This document shows, one piece after another, positions 8,792 through 16,272 of a stretch of DNA of 24,896 nucleotides (position 1 is the stretch's first letter; the number at the start of each line of letters is the position of its first letter). A program made the position numbers and the translations under genes. This DNA is from Paramicrosporidium saccamoebae KSL3 (taxonomy: Eukaryota; Fungi; Cryptomycota). Location: positions 1 through 24,896 of the forward strand of contig MTSL01000020.1 of NCBI GenBank assembly GCA_002794465.1, written 5' to 3'. The notes below the pieces were generated by a model, which searched no databases, was not told the DNA's origin, and saw only the letters and a list, made by a program, of their open reading frames with translations.

Positions 8792-9361
8792 ATGAGACAA
8801 ACGATCCTGTTCCCCGTATTTGCAACTGCTGTCTTTGGCACTCTGTTGGTTGCCAAACAACCAGATTCTGAACCGGCGGTGGCAGAGCAACGCCGTCACT
8901 TTTCGATCAGTCGTTCATCGTCATCCTACTCAGCCAGCTACTCCCGTTCCTATTCCTTTAGCGAATCTATGACTATGGAGCTTTGCGAGTTTGAACGTAT
9001 CCCCGCTTGTCGTGTCAGTAAGCGTCCACCATGCAAAAAGCGCTGTGATTTCAGTAAGCGAAGACATTGCAGCTTCAGCAAGAAGCCTTGCAGGAAGCCG
9101 TGCAAAAAGCCCTGTAAGAAGCCTTGCAAGAAACCCTGCAAGAAGCCTTGCAAAAAGCCCTGTGAAAAGAAACGCCATCCGATTAAACCTTGCGCGACAA
9201 AGAAGAGTCCATGCGGGATCAAAAAGTTCAAGTGCGGTTCTAAGAAGGGATGCCATAAAAACAATAAGAAGCATCAAAAACAAAATCACAAGCAGAACCG
9301 CAAGCATCAGGACAAGAAACGCCATGGTAGAAAGGGAACTTACAGCGAGTGGGGACTATAA
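8792..9361 (+). CDS. Secreted Lys/Cys/Pro-rich repeat protein, 189 aa
   Basis: Signal-peptide-like MRQTILFPVFATAVFGTLLVA, Ser/Tyr-rich segment, about 16 Cys including 7 x (K/R)KPC, His/Lys-rich tail. Confidence 0.85.
   Translation: MRQTILFPVFATAVFGTLLVAKQPDSEPAVAEQRRHFSISRSSSSYSASYSRSYSFSESMTMELCEFERIPACRVSKRPPCKKRCDFSKRRHCSFSKKPCRKPCKKPCKKPCKKPCKKPCKKPCEKKRHPIKPCATKKSPCGIKKFKCGSKKGCHKNNKKHQKQNHKQNRKHQDKKRHGRKGTYSEWGL
9080..9163 (+). repeat. Coding 12-bp tandem repeat, 7 x (K/R)KPC
   Basis: aagaagccttgc / aggaagccgtgc / aaaaagccctgt ...; units differ almost only at synonymous positions. Confidence 0.95.
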
Positions 9362-9443
9362 ATATCTAATCATTGCCATCTGATAGCCCAATTAGTAAAA
9401 TTCAAGTGATCTTTACCAAGGATGTGTTTAATGATCTCGATGG

Positions 9444-9449
9444 TATAAA
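9444..9449 (+). promoter_or_regulatory. TATA box (GG-TATAAA)
   Basis: 28 nt upstream of ATG 9478; same GGTATA context as at 8757. Confidence 0.55.
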
Positions 9450-9477
9450 TGTAAGCAAAGCTGCATCCAACCACACA

Positions 9478-10026
9478 ATGCGGACTGCACTGTTTGGACT
9501 TGCTGCATTGTCCGCTTTCAGCTTTACCACGGCAGTGCTTTCCCACGACTCTGCGGTGATTCCCTTTGAAGGACGACCCCGTCATCCTCCACGTCGGAAA
9601 TGTCCCGAACAGTTCTTTAAAAAGGAAGAGAACAAGAAGCGACGAACACGAGTTAGCATTGACCAGATGTGGACTTCTTCCACCTCCTCCTCCACCATTA
9701 AGCAATCTGTGATGCGACGTCGTAGACACGCCAGTTGCTCAGACGAGGAACGCAAACGGATGAGGCGGCGAAGACAAAGCTGTTCAAGGAGCGTGTCTAG
9801 GGACCCTAAGCGTAGACGACGTTGTCACAAAAAGCGTGATCCTTGCAAAAAAAGAGGCCACAAGAAGCATCGTCGCCCTCATCGTCGTAATCGCCGATCC
9901 TCCACTTTCTCCTCCTCCAGTTCCTCATCCTCCAGCTCCTCATCCTCCGACTCTTCTTCATCTCGTCACCGTAACCGTCGTCACAATAGGCAAAGCAGAA
10001 GACGCAATTCTCGCTATTCTTTCTAA
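9478..10026 (+). CDS. Secreted Arg/Ser-rich (protamine/SR-like) protein, 182 aa
   Basis: Signal-peptide-like MRTALFGLAALSAFSFTTA; Arg runs (RRRR), scattered Cys/His, poly-Ser tract. First in-frame ATG is 9478. Confidence 0.82.
   Translation: MRTALFGLAALSAFSFTTAVLSHDSAVIPFEGRPRHPPRRKCPEQFFKKEENKKRRTRVSIDQMWTSSTSSSTIKQSVMRRRRHASCSDEERKRMRRRRQSCSRSVSRDPKRRRRCHKKRDPCKKRGHKKHRRPHRRNRRSSTFSSSSSSSSSSSSSDSSSSRHRNRRHNRQSRRRNSRYSF
9910..9963 (+). repeat. Poly-serine coding tract (S13-D-S4)
   Basis: tcc/tca/agt/agc/tct codon run with an internal 15-bp repeat. Confidence 0.9.
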
Positions 10027-10182
10027 GTCCAATGCATTAGCCAATAAAGTTGCTCAATTTTTGTACTCACCTGGAGAACTACTAAAAATAGAACATTACC
10101 TAATGATTGGTGCTTTATAGTCTGTCGAGTAACTATTTAGGGAACGTATCCAGCGGAGACAGTCACGGAGACGACACAACGA

Positions 10183-11547
10183 ATGATGATGCACAAGGCT
10201 TTTCTGATCACTGCTACACTGCTCAGTGCTGCTGTTCAGGCCATAAATGTTGATCCGGAGATGGAAGACATGCCGATGCCGCATGCCGACTACCCTGTTG
10301 AACACAACGATAAGATCCTGGCGTTGGTTGGAAAGTTGACTCGTAAACAGGAGCGTAAGCAACGGAATATCGGACAGAGACATGTCTCGGAGCAACGGAA
10401 TATCGGACAAAGACATGTCCCGGAACAACGGAATATCGGACAGAGACATGGCTCGGAGCAACAGGATCTCGGACAGAGACATGTCTCGGAGCCAAAGTTT
10501 AGAAAGGTCAAGATTCCGAGCGAAGAAGAAGGAAAACGATTCCTCCGCAAGTACTGCAAGCGAGGAAAGTGTACCTTTCCCAAAAAGATGCGAATCAACA
10601 ACAAGCGCAAGGCCAAGAAGACAAAGAGGCGCAGCAAACGCAACAAGATTAACAAGAGGCGTTTGACAGCTTCCGAGATTGAAGGAGTGCTTGCTGTGCA
10701 AAAGGTTGCTGACCGCACTCGTGGAAAGATTGGTCGCAATGATCGTCATATTAAAGATGAGGACAATTCCATCATGCATCCATGGGACAATGAGAAGCCA
10801 AGAAAGATCAAAGCACGCAAGGGAAAGAAGGTTCGAAAGGCTTCGGCTGATAAAGAAGAACCAATTATGCACCCATGGAGCGGTGATGAGCACAAAGAGC
10901 GCGTCGAAGAACAGATTGTTGTAGTTAGAAGAAAACCAGGCAAGGACAAGAAGCATCCCCGTTTTGAAGTGAACCAAATCAACTTGCACGTGGATGTGAA
11001 TGTGAAGCAACAACAAGCCCAGAAGGAAAAACAAGGTATTGTGCAAGTCGGCAAGATTAACCATAAACATGGCAAACACCACAAACATCATGGAAGGAAG
11101 AATATCAAGGGTCGCTCAGCAAAGCGTGGGATCGTTCTCGCATCTGTAAGACAGCCAACAGAACGAGTCCCCCTGCGTCATCATCAACGACCGGAAAAGC
11201 AGAAACCCGAACCCGGTTACGATGAGCCCAAAAGCAAGCGTTCTTTCCTCAAAGACTTGAAACGCCGGGTTAAGAGAGGCTGTCGGAAGATGAAGAAGAA
11301 GCTGGGGATGATGCGTGATCGTTTCGAAGAAGAGCCGACCATCAATCAACTAGCCATGGTACTAGCATTGGCAGCCATCATCACAATGCAGGCAATGGTG
11401 CTGAGCAAGTTCCTGGGCATGTTTGATGGGTACACTCCAGTTCCCCACAACAACGACGATGACGACGATATGACAGAGATTTTGGAAAAGGGTACGGCGA
11501 GAAAAACAACGAGCCACACAGAGCGCATGGTTCAAGAAAAATTTTAG
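10183..11547 (+). CDS. Basic type-I membrane/secreted orphan protein with 11-aa repeats, 454 aa
   Basis: Signal-peptide-like (M)HKAFLITATLLSAAVQA; 4 x QRNIGQRHVSE-type repeat; K/R-rich ectodomain; duplicated IMHPW; C-terminal hydrophobic helix LAMVLALAAIITMQAMVL and short acidic tail. Confidence 0.85.
   Translation: MMMHKAFLITATLLSAAVQAINVDPEMEDMPMPHADYPVEHNDKILALVGKLTRKQERKQRNIGQRHVSEQRNIGQRHVPEQRNIGQRHGSEQQDLGQRHVSEPKFRKVKIPSEEEGKRFLRKYCKRGKCTFPKKMRINNKRKAKKTKRRSKRNKINKRRLTASEIEGVLAVQKVADRTRGKIGRNDRHIKDEDNSIMHPWDNEKPRKIKARKGKKVRKASADKEEPIMHPWSGDEHKERVEEQIVVVRRKPGKDKKHPRFEVNQINLHVDVNVKQQQAQKEKQGIVQVGKINHKHGKHHKHHGRKNIKGRSAKRGIVLASVRQPTERVPLRHHQRPEKQKPEPGYDEPKSKRSFLKDLKRRVKRGCRKMKKKLGMMRDRFEEEPTINQLAMVLALAAIITMQAMVLSKFLGMFDGYTPVPHNNDDDDDMTEILEKGTARKTTSHTERMVQEKF
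10360..10491 (+). repeat. Coding 33-bp tandem repeat x4
   Basis: caacggaatatcggacagagacatgtctcggag and three variants, contiguous, with no spacers. Confidence 0.95.
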
Positions 11548-11690
11548 AATTTGAAGACTTAGAGTCCAAAAAAAATAACGGAATAAATTGTTGTTGACCT
11601 GAATTTTGCGTGGCAAGGCGTTTTATTCAAACACATCGTATATTTATTACTGATGGGATATACTTGTATAGCAGAATCTACTTACTCAAC

Positions 11691-13475
11691 CTAATTACGA
11701 GGAAACATGTCATCAAATATACCCAACGAGATGTTAGACGGACCCTTCTTTTTGGGGGCCGCCAGAGTTGCCTCGGGAGTCATTCTTCCCAAGGAACGTG
11801 AGCCACTGCCTACTGGTGCCAGGTGTCCTCTGCTTAGCTCGGTACTGTGTGGACGGGTTGGCGGATCCCAAAGTGACTCGTTGGAATCTTGAGATCCGTC
11901 AGTGCCCATGAACCAACGCCACTGTTCACTGGAGCCCTCCGTTGGCAGACGTAATAGAGGCGGAATAACAGAGGCCCGTCTTCGTTGAGCTGCACTCACA
12001 AAGGCTGCATGATAGCCCGGTGCGGGAGTGACCGTGTCCTCATCCTCCTCCAACATTGGATCGAGGGCAAATTGACGAAGGAGGGAGGAAGAAGAGACTG
12101 AGGCAGAAGCACTTTGATAGGTGCTATGCCGCCGTGTAAACCCAGGTGGTGGCGTCAAGTCGCCGTCATGAAGTTTCTGCGTAGTAGCATCCATCTGTGG
12201 TGAGGGACATGCTTGATTACTTGTAGGAATGTCGGTCGGTACAGCAAAGTAGCGCAACAGTTTCGACTGCTCCAGACCACCGCCAAGTTGTTCCACAGGA
12301 CTGGAATTGTGAAGACGCCGAGAGAGCTTTGATTCGATGACAACATGCTCTTGCTGCGGCTCTGGCTCTGGCGTTTCGTAAGGCGAATGGGCCGAAGTGA
12401 ACAAGGACATGCTGCGGACCCAGTCAGCTCTTTTGCGATTCAATTCACCCTCTGATTCTTCTGCAGAGACTGGCGTCCATTCGCGATCCTGCTCAATTTG
12501 ATCCGCATTGTCAATGGAGGAGTGTTGGGAAGAGCATTCGGCATCATCCGGTGAGCTGAATTGGGGAACAATGCAGACATTCATGGGAACCGGCGAGGCA
12601 ATTTCTTCATCCTCCACTGGTTTAACGTAAACTTTTTCACATGGTTTCTCTACAACAGCCCTAGGCCGTGTCGCCTCGGGGACGGGACTCGGAGTGTCTG
12701 ACGGCGCATGAGAGGGCGGTGGAGTATGCAGGGATACCATGGAATGCCGTTTCCTAAAGTCTACTTGTTTCGCTACCGCGCTGACTACTGCGTTGGGCTT
12801 CATTACTGACTTTCTTCTTCCCTTTCCTCCACCCAACGGTGAGCCAAGCTCAGATTTCCCCCGGATAGCAGCAATGGCCTCATCTTCTGTGCCGAGAAAG
12901 TCCAAGTTGGAGCCGCTCGCTCCCACAAAGGATGCAAAGCGCCGCCTAGGCTGGAGGGGCATGTCGAAGAGGTGATAGCGCGCATGATTGTTCAGGTAGC
13001 GAAGACCTGGAATCGTAAAAAGGAACGAAAACGTAATAGGTTCGCTCACAGCCGCCTCTCGAACAGAAAGATAGACTTTCCAAGAAAGAACTATAATGCC
13101 CACCCCAAAGACGAGGGAGCCAAGAATCATCATGGTGGTATACACAGAGTAGGTGAGCGTATCAATAACTTCGGCGCTGCTTGCTGGTCGCACAATAGGT
13201 TCCAGCAGCGTCCGGACAGCTATTCTACTCAGCATATCGGCCAACAGGGCTGCCTCAGGGCCTTCGTCTGGAAAGTTTAGATACAGATAGTCGCCCCTTC
13301 GTTCCTTCTGTTGCGTCTCTCCTTCTGGCTCTTTGGTGGGGAGGTCGGCAGCAGGCGGAGCTGCGGTAGGAGTTGTCGGTACGGATGCAAGGCCCCCGAG
13401 TGGAAGCAAAAGAGCCGTTATTATATAGAAGAGTAGGAGAGCTCGAGCAGTGAGAAAGGGCGAGATGCCGGTCAT
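11691..13475 (-). CDS. Orphan membrane protein (signal peptide + TM + long disordered S/P-rich tail); ORF extends upstream to ATG 13802
   Basis: From M115 of the track ORF: MTGISPFLTARALLLFYIITALLLPLGGLA, P/T linker, TM MMILGSLVFGVGIIVLSW, then about 450 aa of low complexity with RRKS/KRHS/RRHS/RRAS motifs. True start uncertain. Confidence 0.7.
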   Translation of the reverse strand: MTGISPFLTARALLLFYIITALLLPLGGLASVPTTPTAAPPAADLPTKEPEGETQQKERRGDYLYLNFPDEGPEAALLADMLSRIAVRTLLEPIVRPASSAEVIDTLTYSVYTTMMILGSLVFGVGIIVLSWKVYLSVREAAVSEPITFSFLFTIPGLRYLNNHARYHLFDMPLQPRRRFASFVGASGSNLDFLGTEDEAIAAIRGKSELGSPLGGGKGRRKSVMKPNAVVSAVAKQVDFRKRHSMVSLHTPPPSHAPSDTPSPVPEATRPRAVVEKPCEKVYVKPVEDEEIASPVPMNVCIVPQFSSPDDAECSSQHSSIDNADQIEQDREWTPVSAEESEGELNRKRADWVRSMSLFTSAHSPYETPEPEPQQEHVVIESKLSRRLHNSSPVEQLGGGLEQSKLLRYFAVPTDIPTSNQACPSPQMDATTQKLHDGDLTPPPGFTRRHSTYQSASASVSSSSLLRQFALDPMLEEDEDTVTPAPGYHAAFVSAAQRRRASVIPPLLRLPTEGSSEQWRWFMGTDGSQDSNESLWDPPTRPHSTELSRGHLAPVGSGSRSLGRMTPEATLAAPKKKGPSNISLGIFDDMFPRN

Positions 13476-13967
13476 ATTCGTTCTGTACCCGACAGAGTGG
13501 TTTGGGAGAATAGATAAAGATACTTCCGTTCCACGGAAGAATTTCTTTTCGAGATTAAGACCCCCCGTCGCTCTTTCCGGAAGAAATAGACCAATAGACG
13601 ACTTGTTTATTGGCCCACTCAGATTTGTATCTCTATGACATAATGGGCATTTATCTTTTGTAAAGTAATCTACGCTATCCGTCGGCGCCCCCAATTGGGA
13701 TATATACCCCATCCTGCGTGTTGAGAGTGGGCATTTGTAGATGGCAAATATTGTCTTGGAGCAACTTTGACTCCAATCTGACATTTCTGCAATATAATCC
13801 ATACTGGATGTATACAATACCCTTCATATTTGATATACATGCCAGATAAACTATAGGGTGCATTTAGAAATGACCTCAATAAGCTTGTTATTCAACGCTT
13901 TGCGCCGATTGGTCAGCGGCTCGCGCTATTGTACCCACCGGGCACCTCCTCACCATCTCCGTCTACA

Positions 13968-14284
13968 ATGGGTCTTGTCCGTAACCTTGCCGTCGCGGCT
14001 TTCTTTGCTGGTGCCTACGTCTCTAACCCCGATGAGCACTCATTCCGTCGCTACGTCGACGATGAAATGAAAAAGTACTTTGTTGGTCTTGTCATTTATT
14101 TATGTGTAGAGATGGGTCGACATGGTTGGAACGACAAGTAATTTCCCATCTGGCAGCCAACATGTATCGTCGACACGATTACTACTTTTTCTCACTGGTG
14201 CGCATGCCAGAGGACAGACTGACCTTTGTGGGCTTGTTTGGAAACTGGTTCCGCGTCCCCGCGCCGGTTCCGAAACAAGAATAA
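13968..14284 (+). CDS. Small membrane-anchored DUF4359-like protein, join(13968..14074,14110..14284), 93 aa
   Basis: MGLVRNLAVAAFFAGAYVSNPDEHSFRRYV...HDYYFFSLV...FVGLFGNWF; resembles the recalled DUF4359 pattern (hydrophobic-xNP...YxxFS...GxFG). Family call is from memory. Confidence 0.7.
14075..14109 (+). other. Spliceosomal intron, 35 nt
   Basis: GTACTT...U-rich...TAG; joins track ORFs 13929.. and 14102.. in frame. Confidence 0.75.
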
Positions 14285-14300
14285 ATACAAGTTTGCTTTG

Positions 14301-15050
14301 TTACAGTTTCTTATACTCTGGACGTAGCTCGTAGAGCGACTTATAGGGCCCTCTAGTGTTATAAATTGCAATCTCAGCGAGTAGGTCCTTTAGATAGGTG
14401 GATGGTTGCTGCGTGTGGTCCACCAACGCCTTGAACGTCCAATGCGGCAGCCGCTCAAAGGCCCGGAATAGCATGTCCATGACTTCTTCTTTTGGAAGGC
14501 GTTCCCTCCGGAGCTCTGGTTCGTACCGCCGTTTCTTCTTCATGAGCATCTCGTGCTCGCTGACGTGTGGAATGAGTCCCATCCGAATATTGTCCGTGGC
14601 CGAATCCAGCATTTGCACTGTCCTCCGCGGTCGATTTGCCAGGTCGTTACGACGACGCATCACCTCCCGATATTGGTCATTGAGCACTGGTCTCAGCTGG
14701 CATTCCTGCTCAACCTTGCCCTCTATCATGATGGCCCGACCAGCAAGGTCTTCGCAAAATAGATGCATTGTTTGGTCACACTTACCCAGCTGCAGGTTGT
14801 ACTCGAGGGGCAGGTCGCCACAAGGTCCATTTTTTGACAGAACCAGCTTGACATTAGCCGGAGTGCCTGCAGAGCTCGGCATTGCCCGCACCACGCCAAG
14901 GTCGGCATTATCCTCTTCCAGGTCAGCTAGTCGTTCTGCCAGGTAATCGGGTACCTTTACCAACCAAACCCTCCTATTTGCGCTATTTGTGTCAATGATG
15001 CCAGTATTAATGGCATCTGTCTCTTCTGGTTCGCCAAAGGCCAAGTCCAT
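14301..15050 (-). CDS. TFG2: Transcription initiation factor TFIIF beta subunit (RAP30), 249 aa
   Basis: RRVWLVKVPDYL, IEGKVEQECQLRP, C-terminal winged helix EEVMDMLFRAFERLPHWTFKALVDHTQQPSTYLKDLLAEIAIYNTRGPYKSLYELRPEYK. Confidence 0.95.
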   Translation of the reverse strand: MDLAFGEPEETDAINTGIIDTNSANRRVWLVKVPDYLAERLADLEEDNADLGVVRAMPSSAGTPANVKLVLSKNGPCGDLPLEYNLQLGKCDQTMHLFCEDLAGRAIMIEGKVEQECQLRPVLNDQYREVMRRRNDLANRPRRTVQMLDSATDNIRMGLIPHVSEHEMLMKKKRRYEPELRRERLPKEEVMDMLFRAFERLPHWTFKALVDHTQQPSTYLKDLLAEIAIYNTRGPYKSLYELRPEYKKL

Positions 15051-15070
15051 CCTCAACTACAGAAGTCGCA

Positions 15071-15086
15071 CCCTGGGCTACCCTGG
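15071..15086. promoter_or_regulatory. Two CCCTGG copies at 10-bp spacing in the 50-bp TFG2/RPS14 divergent spacer
   Basis: caCCCTGGgctaCCCTGGtcaa at 15069-15090. Confidence 0.5.
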
Positions 15087-15100
15087 TCAAACTCCCTACT

Positions 15101-15592
15101 ATGGCTCCGGTACCATTCCCATTGTATTCTCATCCATCCTTCCTGTAGAAAACTCGCAAAGCCAAGGTTGAAGAGAATGTTACTCTCGGACCTCAGGTCC
15201 GTCCCGGCGAACTCGTCTTTGGTGTCGCCCACATCTACGCCTCCAACAATGATACCTTTGTCCACGTCACTGACTTGACTGGTCGCGAGACCATTGTCCG
15301 TGTCACTGGTGGTATGAAGGTCAAGGCTGATCGTGATGAGCCATCCCCCTACGCCGCTATGTTGGCCTCCCAGGACGTCGCTGTCAAATGCAAGGAACTC
15401 GGTGTCACTGCCCTGCACGTAAAGATCCGTGCCACTGGTGGTAATGGCTCCAAGACTCCCGGACCTGGTGCGCAGTCTGCTCTGCGTGCGTTGGCTCGCT
15501 CGGGCATGCGTATTGGACGTATTGAAGATGTTACGCCTATTCCGACCGATTCTTCGCGTCGCAAGGGTGGTCGCCGCGGTCGCCGTCTTTAG
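15101..15592 (+). CDS. RPS14: 40S ribosomal protein S14 (uS11), join(15101..15109,15149..15592), 150 aa
   Basis: MAP|KTRK...LGPQ...[42 protein letters not shown]...[11 protein letters not shown]. Confidence 0.97.
15110..15148 (+). other. Spliceosomal intron, 39 nt
   Basis: GTACCA...pyrimidine-rich...TAG after codon 3; the acceptor TAG is an in-frame stop if retained. Confidence 0.9.
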
Positions 15593-16272
15593 ATGGCATG
15601 GCGTTGTCTTCTTGTTCTGCTCGTCATAATACACATATGCAATAAACCTGTTCTAACACCCCCACAAGTATTCACTTGATGCCGCTGCTGGTCGAGTGTG
15701 AATTAACAAAAGTCGAATAGAGACCCAAAGCGCGCTGGTATTATATTAATCTCCAAAATTAGACTCATGATACTGTAGATGAATTTTATGGCACTCGTTA
15801 TTTTACGAGATATTCAAGGACTGACAATAATGCATTTGTTAGGCCGTGTTTTGATACTAGCCCTTTGTGAAGGGGATTTTAATCGCCAATTATTTCACTA
15901 AAGATTGACCAATTATGGAGAAGCAAGATAAAGGCCCCTTTAATAAAGACTCTCGCGTGCTAAACGGCTCTGTTAAAGAGCATCTACTTACTATTGGTGA
16001 GTCCGACCTAGATAGCGGTCCCCCAGCCCAGTTTGGTTATATTAAGAATGATTACCTATAAAGAAGCCATGTACCTTAATAAAAGACAGCTCACCCACCA
16101 ACAGGCTCTTTATGGGGATCTTTGGTCCGTCTATTTACTCCCACAACTTTTACATACATAATGTTTTTTGCGGATGTAAGATAGTATAATTATAGACCAG
16201 AGATTCAAATAACGGGTGTTATTAGTAGCCTCACAGCGAACAGGCCATTACTCAAAATCAATTTTGTGAGGT

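Noticed and set aside
10360-10491. CRISPR-like array
   Set aside because: Contiguous units without spacers, in-frame coding, eukaryotic context.
10096-11091. 331-aa hydrophobic minus-strand ORF (also 8930-9325 and 8950-9264)
   Set aside because: Antisense mirror of Lys-rich codons (AAG read as CTT, AAA as TTT).
15053-15634. 193-aa minus-strand ORF
   Set aside because: Antisense shadow of RPS14.
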